A stretch of DNA of 64,000 bases, from NCBI RefSeq assembly GCF_964204645.1, contig NC_134027.1, positions 11,688,485 through 11,752,484 on the forward strand, in the 5' to 3' direction. The stretch comes from Tubulanus polymorphus. Its lineage: Eukaryota > Animalia > Nemertea. A model generated the notes under the pieces. That model saw only the letters and a program-made list of their open reading frames with translations, ran no database searches and was not told the origin of the DNA. Both the position numbers and the translations under genes were made by a program. This document shows positions 51,100 through 64,000 of the stretch, one piece after another; position 1 is the stretch's first letter, and the number at the start of each line of letters is the position of its first letter.

Positions 51100-53248
51100 T
51101 TTAACTAATCAGTGGAATTTTCGTTTAAAATATCCGTACATGTTTACTACGAGAATGTCGAGTTTTAAGCGCTGCGTTCGAGTATTTTGATGGGGATTTC
51201 CACCATTACTGTCATTGACGACTGCGCACCGACTCCGCGCACTTCCTGGATTGGCTAGATACTAGAACACACGCCTGAAACTACCGTTGCATTCAATCCA
51301 ATTCAAATCAACTATTTGCTACGTTCGCCATCTTTCGGAATGTGCGTTCATTCGAATCAGTATTCAATACAGGGGTGGATCAAGACCGTCTTTTCCGTCT
51401 CTACGAAGACGGTCTAGAAAACTCGGTGCCCTTTCAAATGTCGACGCAATATTTCCAAAATCATGAAAATTCCTTTAGAACAAGTTTTGTCGTACCAGAA
51501 TCTTTCAGAGGCACATTTATTGCGTGAAAAATCGTTTTAAAATGTTTGGGTGCACATGGGGCACATTTTTAGGTAAAAAAAAATTTCAGGGCATATGTAT
51601 CTCGTACGAGGAAAAATCTTTCAGAAGCACGTCTTTTAACGTGAACAATTTTTCAGGATAATTTATTGTGTGAAAAATGATAGAGGACGTTTTCTATATG
51701 GAAAAACCTTTCAGGGCACATTTTTTACATCGTCGAGTCGTTTCTTTTTCTGCTCTTCGTTTACATTACATCAGAATCTGCTTTCATTGTGACCCCGAGG
51801 ACGATGTATGGGCCTGGGACATTATACATTCACAATAAAGGAAGGAACTCAATAGGAATGAAATCCGTGTGGGAATCCCTCCAATTTACACGACATATAA
51901 ACATGAAATCCAAAACTTTCTAGGGGAGGACACCCAGGAGCGCCTATCGCCTTGGCTCGATTGCGTTTTTCTGCAAAACCTATTATGAGAATAAAGATGG
52001 AATTGAAACAATTTCACCGCTTTGTCATCGATTAAATCGTGTACTTTAAAACGAATTTAAATTCGTTTTACATAAGTCCATGATTGAATGCTCCCCAGCG
52101 ATCAATCGGTTACCTGTGGGAAATTGGCACAAAAGTCCGAAAAATTTGAATTACTGCTATCCAATATACCAAAAATTCATAAAGACTGATTCAATCTTTA
52201 TTGAATTTTTGAATGTACATGGAAAAAACACCGAAAACGGGACGACAGGTTTCGATGTTAGTAGTCGAATAAAACACTTATACGTAAACTGAGTTAAATA
52301 TAGAAAGTCATCATTGCACCTGATGATGGTTGTCAACAGCTGAAACGTTGTGGTTGCGGTTTGAATAAAGTCTATCGAATCGTGAGACTTCTTCATTTAG
52401 GTTTTGATGTGAACACGGAATTCGACGCCAGTGTTCAATGATTTTATATACTCATGATTTTTATCATCATTTACCTTTCTTCACTACGATTTCCTATAGG
52501 TTGTGTATTCGTGTATATTTGCTTCGATAACGGCTTATACCGCGTTATCAACCGGGTGTGCGGAAAGTCCCTAGTTACTCGGAAATTGTACAATGCAAAT
52601 ATTTTCCATTTGACACAACAACATGTATTAATGTTTTTACGAGCGATTTACGGTAAATCAGAAGAAAGCTTGTGATCGGGGCCGGCAGGGAGTGCGGGAG
52701 ACAGCGGTACACGCAGCGCGAGCCAAAAGAGCTCACACATAAAAGCTGCACGGGATCTCGCTAATGCCACAAGGGAACACGACATCGCGCAGCGCGGACG
52801 TTACGAAAGCGGCAATTCTAACCGGTGTAGCCTAAACCGCTATCGTGCTTTGGACAATTGACAAGGCGGTTAATCTAACTAGAGGAAACATTACAGAAAT
52901 ACGATTTGAGTTTGGAAAATTCAAATGGAACAACAAATCCTTTCTGACGAAAGGTTGTATTAATTTTTCACCTACGTAACTTGGGGAAATTCAAAGTTTG
53001 GAGTAGTTCAGAGCTTCAGAGCTTCAGGGATCGAAAGCAGTAATTCAGAAATGAAAACGGATAGCTTATACATTATCAATCGATTGATTTTGAGAGTTTC
53101 GCGTCCGAATGATTGATACGCATGTATTTGGTTGCGAAAATCTGCTTGCGTTAATTTTATGAAGTAAGATTTCCATTTACCGGATACAAAATCTAATATC
53201 GACTTCGAAACCGATTGAGAATTTCTTCAAACGTACATAGATATCCCA
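51100..53248. promoter_or_regulatory. Divergent intergenic/5'UTR region between the SNRK and APCDD1-like start codons
   Basis: Opposite-strand ATGs 2.15 kb apart; GC/CpG-rich patch at about 52680-52850; TSSs not determinable from sequence. Confidence 0.45.
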
Positions 53249-53303
53249 ATGGCGATGGCACTGTCATTAATGTTGATGGTAACATTATCGGTGTTTTTTT
53301 CGT
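53249..53303 (+). CDS. APCDD1: APCDD1-like exon 1 (signal peptide)
   Basis: ATG MAMALSLMLMVTLSVFFS (hydrophobic), donor T|GTAAGT phase 1, joins in frame to the exon at 54179. Confidence 0.75.
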
Positions 53304-54178
53304 GTAAGTAGATTCTCTATATAAAACTCGTATTTCTAATAGACTGCCGCGAAATATTAAAAAAGCGGACGTTATTTTAATTGACTCCGATGCATCGAGA
53401 ATTTTACCTCCGCGAGGAGCACCGATGGACCACCCATATACAAATGCATGCGTGGTCTCCATAAAAAAATTGTACATTACACACGGTGCAGTTGAGCACG
53501 TATGAATATAAGTTAGATCAGATTTTTAGATTTCTAATCGCGGGTATCATTTACATTGTAAACACGGTGTAGTTCTTCGCCGTAGTCATATCAATTTCCA
53601 TTCGGATGTGACAAACATTTAGTAACAACTCGATCTCGTTGGGACATTGTCTGACACGTCATATTATTCGGTGCAACCATGCACTCTAAAACGATCGTTC
53701 TTGATTGAGTCCACGGTGCAACATACTAAAGTATATATCTTAAGGGGAAATGTTTATACACATTTGTTTAACCTCGGCGAGGGGGACTAGAGGGGGCTGA
53801 ATTTTAAATAGTTTAAAAATCATAGTTACAATATTCTTTCATCACATTTATGTACTATCGTTGCATTTTACGATCTCTGTTGCTAATGGCACTCGTTTTG
53901 CAAAGACTGGCGTCTACATCTCATTTGCTTGTCTCTCGTTTCCATTAGCACCACTTAAAAATCTTAAATTATATCAGACCCTTTAGCCGGTAAACGACTG
54001 ACACAGTTGTTGTTTAGACAGGGCGTACTTTTCAGAAATACCTTATATACCTTCTATTCATCAGAAATATGTTTAAGGCTTCGCGGCTGAAGTAAACTTA
54101 AAAATGTATATATGACTGATTCGATACTAAATAAGCGATTGCAATTAGTTTAAAACTATTCCAAATTCACCTCAACAG

Positions 54179-54323
54179 GCATACTGACGACGGAGACGCG
54201 AAAGTTTGGCACCGAAGAAGCTGGGAGAGAAGATACGTGCGATCGCATCATTAACCATATACCTCATTGCCATGTGAAATCAGCCGTACCTCCGGAAATC
54301 ACCGGCACATGGGTTTCAAAAAG
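54179..54323 (+). CDS. APCDD1: APCDD1-like exon 2
   Basis: CAACAG acceptor; (C)ILTTETRKFGTEEAGREDTCDRIINHIPHCHVKSAVPPEITGTWVSK(R), compare APCDD1 PP.I.G.WVS; donor is AG|GCAAGC (GC). Confidence 0.88.
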
Positions 54324-55077
54324 GCAAGCGATGTTTTTCAAATTTTCTTAACCTTTCGGATACAATAGGGAATTTTGTAACATACTAATATGGCACTCGA
54401 GTGAATGGCAATTAACCAAGCACCTAGTAGTCGGCGGTTGACTAATATTTAACCATGTGTTTTTCGAATCGTATAAAATCCGCATCTCCTAATTATTAGG
54501 CTTTTTATCGATGGGAGGGTCCATTTAATAACGTCGCACGCCTCTATATCTCGAGGCTAAATGAAAAGAATGGTGCGGTAGGTCACAGCAGGATCGCGCG
54601 ATCCCAAAGATAAACTTTCAATATCCATTCTAATATTTTCTATTCATTTCATCTCTGCCACAAGGAATGTACCGTATTACCAAAGATCTTATTACTTCAA
54701 ACGTGGACTTCATAAAACGAGTCCAAGCCTCGAACGATGAAATAGCCTTTCAAAATTTCTTTCCGGTGTCCCAATTCATAAAAGCAAAGTACCGCATTTG
54801 TCCGGTAAGCGTATAGTCAGTTCGCAGATGTTAGCCAGATTTTTGGGTACACGCACGAACATAAACTGTATCAGTCTGTACACCGCGTGTGTGCTTGCAG
54901 TTCTACTGAATTACATGTCAGTAAAACAGCTCACTTTCATTCATCTTGACCTGACTGACAATCTTTATAGAAGCCATCATTATTTCGCCACGTTTTGTCC
55001 AAATGTTCAATAAAGCCTTACCTATACCATTTCTATTTTAGAGTAGTAACTCTCTACTAAAATTATCAGAATATCTG

Positions 55078-55261
55078 CAGTTAACCCCCGATACCCCCGA
55101 TATACCGCCCACATCGGTGCAGAACGATTTTGGTGGTACAGAGAGTATGGCGGTATATCGGGGTGTTTTACTATGTATTTGTATAGAGATGTACGAAAAC
55201 CTGGTGGTATAGGGGGCGGTATATGTTGTTAATTGGAGGGCGGTATATCGGGGGTTCACTG
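55078..55261. mobile_element. Tc1/mariner-like MITE family B
   Basis: Reverse-complement homologue of 1488-1663. Confidence 0.88.
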
Positions 55262-56121
55262 TACCCTCAAAATTGGACTGATTTTTGGTTAATTTTCGAT
55301 GTCAAACTGTGGTGAAAACTACGGGAGAGACCAAGGTAATCGCGCACTTGAACGGAGATTCGTTTCTGTCCGTTCATGACCCACTGATGGCTTAAAACGT
55401 GCACCGATTGACCAAATACCCCTGTGGTGACCAAGGGAAATCTCATAAACCACACTTCTACATATTTACAAATATAGGGGAAATGTTATCGGACGATGTG
55501 GGAAGAAACCTTATCTCTGTATTTATAGGATTTCTTATTAATTGCCGGGGAAACTGTTAAAAGATTTCGGGATCCAATTTCTCGATAGCAGATGAGAATA
55601 TTAGAACGATACACGTACGATTAATTTAAAGCCGATAGATATTACGAAACTTTTTCTGGTTTTATTGATCTGTATATGATGACGCTCCATCTGCCAATGC
55701 AACCGTATTCTCTGATAAGACACGCACCGACTAAAATAGGCATAGAAAAATACCGTAAAATGAACCGTAAAGATTATTCCAAACGATTGATGAAGATTTC
55801 ACGATTTCCAAAATTGTGAAATGTGAATGGGAACAATAAAATTTGACCTAGTCGAATTGAGTAAATATATTATTTGATTTTGTGGGCGGATTTCCGCCAA
55901 ATGCTCAATTTATCTTTACTGGTACGAACTATTTACCGACCCACTCCGACAAGTGGGCATATTATTTGATTTCATACGGAAATCCTGGTCTTAACTTCCC
56001 GTCCACTATGAAATGCATGAATCGGTGATGGGATTGAGCTTTATAATGCAAATCGCATATGAACTATAACTTCGAATTCCAGGCAGTACCAAGTTTCTCA
56101 GTTACGAGCTACATTCAACCC

Positions 56122-56732
56122 AAGGGGCGGATCTAGGGGGGTCTCTGGGGTCCGGACCCCTGCCTTCCCTTTGGGGTTGCCCATGTCTTGATCGTTGAAA
56201 ATTTTTTATACCTAGTTTCTTTAAACAATGAATGACAATATGCCTTCTCCTCTTCATAGCTTGGCTCACAAGCTAGTCTACGTATAGCTTGTGATACAAG
56301 CTACGGAGAGGAGACTTAGTCCGGTCTTGACTGGTAGCATTTCCCTTAAACGCTGCAAAAGATCACGGGTCTGTTTATTCGACAACTGTTTGCTTGATAA
56401 ATAATTAATCTTGAGATAATCTTCATAATAAAGTCGTGTAGAATTCATATCAAAATGCTTTATTATCAATCAGAATATATCTTTATCAGTTCGTAGCATT
56501 TAAATTAACATTCATATTGTTGTTCAAGATGCTGTTAATTGCGCCATTTTTGCCCGATTTTCCAATAAATGTCTATAGTCGAGGGGGGACACCCCCTAGA
56601 GCTCCCCCCTCGGGGCCGTGGGCCCCTCGGGCTTCGCCACTGCACGACTTGCAGTTTTAGGTAGAAGTCACTATTTTGCCCCTTAGTTCCTGTTTGGACC
56701 CCTGCCTTCTTTCAATCCTATATCCGCCCCTG
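56122..56732. mobile_element. hAT-like MITE family D-type
   Basis: AGGGGCGGATCTAGG...CCTATATCCGCCCCTG. Confidence 0.8.
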
Positions 56733-59365
56733 CAATAGTTGAAATAAGTTCATATTTTGATGCCGTTGAAACCGTAGAAATAATGTTTATATATACATCG
56801 ATACCTAGTATGCGTTCTATGTTCCATGAGTATGCGTTCTATGAGTCCATGTGCACCGTTATCAATATTGGCATTTCAAAATAAAAATAACTATCATGAA
56901 TTTGGTGTTTATTTTTTGTAACCAAATATATTTCATTACTTTATTTGTGATAAATTTTGTCGATAATTGTTTTGAGAGGATGTGAACTACGTCATCGATA
57001 TATCGGAGGTAGACTGGTTACCGGTGAATTCAATTCAATTAAAATATTTCAAATATAACTCAATTCAATTCAAATATTACTTCAATGATCGTTAAATATC
57101 ATATCACTCATATAACATTTTCATTGTCGACAATATTACGCAATATATTTTTTTTATTTTCCGAGGCCCAAGGCGTCAATAAACTTTCAAATTCGTTTTC
57201 GTCTTTACTTTGGTGTCGAGTAACAGAGTCAGGGTCAGAATAGAAAACATGGGACTTGTTAAGACCTGGACATCAAGCGAAAAAAAACTCTGTCGGGACC
57301 ACTGAGGTGGTCCAAACTATAGCTCTGCGGTAGACTAATGGATTAATCATTTCATATTGTTGCATGGCTGAATAAAACTCATATATTCGCTCGAACACGA
57401 TTTTAAACAATTGAAATATTTAGTTGAGTTTGATCCATGCATAATCACGATTTGTCATTCTACGGGTAAATTCTTCGCCGTGATTCAAACAATTAATCGA
57501 CATTATACCGTTGCTCGAAGTTTTTATCACTTAACGGGATCTTTAAAACCGAGACACGTACGCGCCTTTTATACGAACGAAAATTGTCAACCCATTAATA
57601 AAAACATTACCATAGAGCACTGCCCACTAGTTGCAATAAATATTGCACTTATTGATCATAGTTGTTATTGCGATAATCTCTATGATATAGAGTTTAGATT
57701 AACGAGAAATTGATACTTCCATTTTAGATATTTCAAGAATATTTTACCGTAAATACTGTAAAGGTTCTATATGCCAATTTCATGTTTGCTGGGATATCTT
57801 AAGGAATTCACGTAGTAAATGTTTGATGAAATAACATTTCGACTCAGGGAGGTCATGCGCCTTCCCACAGCGCCATAAATACAGCAGACTAGTATGTGTG
57901 AAAATTCATTGCATGTTGGACGCCAAAAGTTTGTCGCACAGACTTTCACACGTTTGACACTTCACCAAAGTTTACATTTCTCCCAAATATTCCATTAGCG
58001 CCTAATGCGATGTAGTTATGCGATTTTGAATGGAATTTGAATTCTAGATAATCATTGTATATAACTTTCATTATGCAATACTCACCGGGGAAATACTTGT
58101 GTAAATAAGGTTGAGTATGGAGGTAAATAGTCGAACACTCAGATTGCAGTCGAAGAAATTGAATCTTCGCACCACGAAGCATGTCAGTGATGTGAAGGAT
58201 CGGGCTCTAGTGCCCAAAAAAGTCTAAATCTTTCTTTGAATCTGTATTCGGTTAAAATGCGTAAAACGCTTGCTCCCGACATAGAATTGACACTAATGGC
58301 GATAAAACCAAAAACAAAGTACAAGGGATGACACAAGCACAAAGTTACATTCCAGGTTACATAAAACAGCAGCAGTTTTCGAAATTGATTAACAATGATA
58401 TCTATATCTATTTACATAGATACTGGTGGGAGCATACCTTCTTTAATGTATTTCAGTACATTCAAAATAGTAGGTTTATCAAAAATTAACGATATACCCA
58501 ATCACTATCTGCATGATTGTCTTCAAGGTGTTGAAGCGTAGGACTATGGTGGACGGAATGGGTTTTGTAAAATACCTCGGAAATGTAAAACGGCCCACAA
58601 TAGCAATTTGAATCATTTTGGGGCATTTACATTCGAAATAGCTTACTATATAGCCTATGGTATGAAATAATCAAATTATGCTCCTACGGTTTTAAGAGTC
58701 TTCGTGATATTGACTTATTAAGCCTGTGGGTGTCTTGTCGAACAAGTGGGGGAGCCTTTTATCGTCTATAAAGTCGAACAACTTCCCGCAGACCCCGTAG
58801 TGGGTCGCCTTTAATCCGCCATGCGTCAATATTGACGTGCATTAAATCCGAAACCCGGCGTGAATTCATAAGCACTTCAAAAGAATTGTGTTCGCGTCAC
58901 TATCTTGTAATTTACTCGTTGATTTTACTAGAAGAATTGTATTGTATTGTTTGGCTTTGCCGCCGCCGCCGACGACGATACCGAATCGTTTTCCCGAGGC
59001 TTCGCTGTCGTCGATTTCTATAAGTCGGGCTTCATCACTTTCCCATCTTTGCATCTCAAAAGACAGGAAGTCATTGTATTCTAATAAAGACGTGTAGATC
59101 TTCTTTATACTCCCCGTCAATTGTTATAGGTTTCTTCTTTATCATCTGCGCAGTCTTCGATGATTTTTAAGTGCATACGCATTCTAGATTTAACCTCCAT
59201 GTAGGGATTGATAAAAACATGCAACAAACGTAAAAGCTACACATGAAATGCGTGTCTTTGAAATGATATAAGAATTATGTTTAAAGCCCATTTTCAGATT
59301 GTAGTTTTTTAATGACAAAATGCTTTAAATACGCGTGATAATGTAATTTTTGATCGTCATTCCAG

Positions 59366-59921
59366 ATGTGAAATTCGGCCGGGACCGGAGTATCTTCTGA
59401 GAAAATACATTTTCCGGAATAGTACTTCGTTCGAAGCGCACCAGTACTACTACGAAGATTCGCAGTGTTCCCGACCTCTGTACGGAGCAATCGCGAGAGG
59501 CAGTGTGAAAATGTTGCGCGAATCGTGGACAGTGCCCGGAGGCACAGAAGCCGAGTACTATCTATCGCAAGTCACCATAATTCCATATCAGCCCGATATG
59601 GCCGAGAAGCTGCAACGCAAATTCAACCAGACCTGTCCGAAAATGTTCGCCGGTAAATTCTGGCGACCGTTCAAAACGTACGATATTTTCAACTACGTCG
59701 AAAGTCGAAAGCCTGGCAGGGTTATTATTCTTGACCACGACTGCACCCACGCGGTCGGCTTCACGATGCACGAACTGCAGCTGTTGAGGCTCGAAGTCAG
59801 GTCGCATTTTCATCCGTTCTACGTCAGAAGGGAACTGTATTTGGGGTGTTTACATACGGACAAAAATCAGCGACAGCAATACCGACCGACCTGTTATCAG
59901 GAACCTTTGTTGAGCCACGAG
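59366..59921 (+). CDS. APCDD1: APCDD1-like exon 3 (first APCDDC domain)
   Basis: TTCCAG acceptor; CEIRPGPEYLLRKYIF...SWTVPGGTEAEY...GFTMHELQLLRLE...ELYLGCLHTD..QRQQYRPTCYQEPL; donor GAG|GTACGT phase 0. Confidence 0.94.
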
Positions 59922-62900
59922 GTACGTAGTTAGTGATTCTCTTCAACTCTTCGGTGGAGTAAGGGGGTAGACGGGCCCACCCCCTTCAAAGTTCGAATGA
60001 GCCCTCCAGAGAGTCTGGGAAAACTTTTGCGAAGAAAATTTCAAAAAGAATGAAATAAATTCAAGTGGCCCTTATTAAGCAACGCTAATTTCTGACCACG
60101 ATCGACGCGTTGTTTCGGAAACTCATTCGATGGAGACGACGAAGACTATGCTTTGCATATAATCGTTTTGTTATACTGATAAGGACCAGAAAAGCCCCTT
60201 TTGTACTGATCTTTCCGTGGGAAGGCCACCAAGACCCCCATGAATGTTTCGCTTGCAGCCCTCGCATTGCCAAATCTGCCCTTTTCAAATTATGTGCCTA
60301 TTCCAATTTTCAAGTCACCCCTTTCGGGAGAATCCTAGAACTGCCCTTGATTAATTCACCAGGTAAATTTTGTGTAGCCGATGCATGCATGAGAATGACT
60401 AAGCACTATCAATCTTCGGTTCGAAACTGGATTGCCAAACGGTAAATCTATAATCTGCCGTCCACGAAACGAAGTTGGCAGCATAAACACTTCTTTCATA
60501 CCAACGCGTGCACACGCCATTCTGTTCGGGGTTGCATATACCAGATAGCCGAGTTTATAGCGGAGGTCTAAAGTGCTGTTTGACAAATGTATCTTGGTTT
60601 ACGTGATGAAGGTTTAAGTGGGTACTATATGCTTTACTTGTCAAACACCATTTCGCGCCCCAATTTCGTATGTTGTATACGAGCTATGTGGAAATTGCTC
60701 TCGACTCTTATACACTCTTTTTCATCGCTTTCTTTCAAACGCGCGTGAATGTAATGGATCACCGATCGCGGATCAAATGGATGGAAATATTCCATCTACG
60801 TTTGCGTAGCTCACATTTTACGAGGACGTGGGAAAAATGAATTCGGGCAGAAAGAATAGTTCACCCAAAATAACAATAGAAATAATATAGCTGATTTCCA
60901 AAGTTAAAGTCTGAAAAGTATCATTAATGGAACGAACTATACCCTATACCTCTCCGGAGACCTATTGAAAAAATTTGAATTCTTTTTTATTCACGAATAT
61001 ATACTTATAATACATTTTGTGCAATTGCCAGTTTTGGAGGTGCCGTCCCTTCGTGAATAGATCTATCAAACCCGGGACACTAGTCTTGTTTGGCACGGAT
61101 CAAACGGATCCCGGAGTGAGATAAACATCATGGCGGGAACCGTGCCCTCGCGCAAGGCGCCAAGGCTGACGTGGAAATTCAATACGCGTTCGACTCGGAG
61201 GGCTGGATAGCATTGTCGACGTCGATTAACGTCCGACATAGCGCTTTCTCGGTTAAGAAAAGAAGTCAACGCAAGAAATACCAAACTGGCATGTTTGTTG
61301 GTTTACTCATTGTGACAAGTAGAATTAAGACGTCCCGATAGCATCGGTTTATGAAGGCAATTTGTCTCGAATATGATAATTTAACGATTTGGAACCCAAC
61401 AACTGACTGGCATTTCCCGTCCGACGACATACGGCATTACCCGTCTTTCGTTGATATGGGCCCTAAATAATGGAATAATTGCACTTATAAATATACAGAA
61501 GTTTGAAATTATATGAGATCTAGAATAGAAGATCGATGAGATTCAGGTGATTGCAATGAAACCCATTGGCTAAAGGTATTCCGGTATCAACTGAAATTGA
61601 TATAAACCTGTTTGAATCAGTTCCAATTTCACCTTTAGACTTACATTATTTTACACCGCACTCACCACTTTATTAGAATTTAAAGAAAATAACGTTAAAA
61701 AAATATTGAAATCTCGAATACAGTTCTCCATTGTCACATACCGCGCAGCTCGTTGTAAGTAAGTTGTAAGGAAAACAAATAAAAGTAATGCCTGGTATAT
61801 TGAAATGAAAACAACAGAATAAATGAACGTGAACTATAGTACGTACTATTTACCAACTATAAATTTGTTTACTTTCACTCTTTAGTAACTTGTGCGTCGA
61901 ATGATTTATGCCGTTTTCGACTTAATGTGTCGTTGAGTAAACCGGTAGTTTATTCAGTACTCGGGCGATGTAAATAAAGAGATGTATAACGCTGTTGCGA
62001 TATAGCATTTTATATGAAGAGGAATTTTTGATGATATCAAGCCATTATCAAACAGCATGGTGTTACAATCAGGGCGATTTATGTACACCTGTTACCGGGG
62101 ACCACTGCCGAGCCAGATCCCCCGAAAGCTACATTTTTATTATCTTTGAGGCATAACTAGAATGATTTGTATATCTTCGATGATTATACGCGGGTGTTTG
62201 TGGGTTATCTTCTTCTGTTGGGGCTACACCTTAACATTCTTTTGGACCAAACGTAATGCGTGCTTTTGATGGAACGAGGTCTAATTTATATATGTGCGTC
62301 ATTTGCGCTTTTAGTAATGGGCATGGGCATCAGGGGCGTCACTTTTTGAAGGGGTTCAGAATTATATTTTACACCGTATCCGCCGACCGCCGACGTTAAA
62401 CGAGCATTTCTGAATTGGGGCGTTTTCTGGGCTTTTTAAGGCAAAATATTTATGAAATTACGGAATTACGGAATATGAATAAAATGAAAACATAGAAAAG
62501 CTTATGAATTTATACTTGTTTGTATCAGTTACCTAACATTTCATTTTGTGCACCCCTGCACACTCTCCTTGAATCCGCCCCTGGGTTTTCGATCAGCCCA
62601 AGGGCAAAAAGGAATTTTAGATCGAAAGAAATTTTAGGCGTACAATCCGCCTTTGGAAAGAGTTGGAAAAGATGTGTTTTCAGCCACAAATTTGTGTTTA
62701 TCGAAGGGTTAATGTATATATAATGCGCATAGTTTTTTTCACTGATTGAATTAATCGAGATAATTTCCATCCTATAACCGCTATCGATAAACATGCCACT
62801 AACACTTAGATCAGTCCCGTCTGGATGAAAGGCTCAATCGAGTATTTATCGTAGACATGTTTTTTTTTAAAGGTTGGCGCCTCAGGTCACCACTTACAGC

Positions 62901-63351
62901 AAACGTGCGTCCTCTCCGCAGTGCAAATAATCTCGTATAATCATTCACCACCTTATTGCGGTTCCAAACTCTATTGGATAAAATATGAATCTGGTCCTCC
63001 AGTGAAGTTGGTATTTTCGTCTAGGGGTTATGCATATGACGTCACATTGTCATAGTCCGTCACACGCAGGTGACCAAAAGCTTGGAGTAATAATTTGACA
63101 GATGATTACTCCAAGCCAAAAGTAAGAATAATCGGTTGCCGGCCCAATATGGACGCCCTTATCGATGTCCTTGTTTTAGTTTTAGTTTTTATTTCATAAT
63201 CGTCGTCGACACGGACGAAATGGATACCTGGTAAAGCCTATAGGTGTCCAGATCATTTTGTAATTATCAGCTTTTAGGTGACAGGGGATTTCTAATTGCG
63301 ATGCTCTCAAAAATATCTGAAAATTAGTTCATGATAGACATTTAAGTAATA

Positions 63352-63441
63352 CAGTCAACCCCCGACATACCGCCCACATCGGTGCAGAACGATTTTGGCG
63401 GTATAGAGAGTATGGCATGGCAGTATATCGAGGGTTGACTG
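63352..63441. mobile_element. Tc1/mariner-like MITE family B (internally deleted)
   Basis: TA|CAGTCAACCCC...AGGGTTGACTG. Confidence 0.85.
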
Positions 63442-63662
63442 TGTATTAGTTCATTGAGTATTTGATAAGTAATTTATATATCATTAGTTAAATAGAAAAC
63501 TGATATTTCTTTTAATGTAAAAACATAACTTGATTCTTTTTTTTTTTAAGTTGATTGGGAGAAATCTGGTGATTTACACGATTAGAATTAGTAATTTAAT
63601 TTGGAAATTTATTTGGTTATTCGTGATCACTTACATCGTTTCAATGATATTTATATTTGCAG

Positions 63663-64000
63663 ACGATGGGCTGTCACGTGTGTCGCCGCATTCTCAATTC
63701 AGACGACTTTTTGCCGCCGGAATTACACCGCCGACCTGTTGAAACTAAAGTAGATCTACAAGGCGAATGGGTCAGCTATCGATGCGAGACGCGCCCTATG
63801 GGTATGTTCCTGACCAGGCGATTCACTTTCGAGAACGACCGAAAAACCTGGCAAGGACACTACTATTATTTCATGGACCCTTTATGCAAAATTAAAGCGT
63901 TCACGCTGTTCGCCTGGGGCACTTATTACGCCGGTCGACGTTCGAGCGTCGTCGAAAATACTTGGAACTACGATTTCAAAGTTGCCCATTTATCCGTAAC
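63663..64000 (+). CDS. APCDD1: APCDD1-like exon 4 (second APCDDC domain), runs off the window
   Basis: TTGCAG acceptor phase 0; TMGCHVCRRILNSDDFLPP...LQGEWVSYRCETRPMGMFLTRRFTF...TWQGHYYYFMDPLCK...YDFKVAHLSV, open to the window end. Confidence 0.94.

Noticed and set aside
58824-58837. Perfect 14-bp palindrome CGTCAATATTGACG
   Set aside because: Isolated; a few such palindromes are expected by chance in 64 kb

Overview
Eukaryotic (bilaterian invertebrate-like, AT-rich, CpG not visibly depleted) genomic window with two intron-containing genes in head-to-head orientation. Minus strand: a SNRK (SNF-related Ser/Thr kinase) orthologue, with five coding exons at 51099-50496, 39154-39013, 38096-37884, 21010-20837 and 5839-4529, all splice-phase compatible. 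Its last exon has a single -1 frameshift at about 5250-5268 separating two conserved halves of the C-terminal tail, which ends in CaaX (CCSVI). Plus strand: an APCDD1-like gene with exons 53249-53303, 54179-54323, 59366-59921 and 63663 to beyond 64000, including a GC-AG intron. The introns are packed with non-autonomous DNA transposons (Harbinger-, Tc1/mariner-, piggyBac- and hAT-like MITEs, Helentron/HINE-like elements with internal tandem arrays), a tRNA-derived SINE, a LINE 3' fragment, and mini/microsatellites. I see no convincing wholly new biological system. The most interesting signals are the SNRK frameshift, TE-borne periodic CTCF-like motifs, an 83-bp TA-to-TA duplication around a TIR element, palindromic TA-NNNN-TA footprints and a 30-bp minisatellite with an open Cys-rich frame. 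TE superfamily calls rest on terminal motifs only; no database search was possible.
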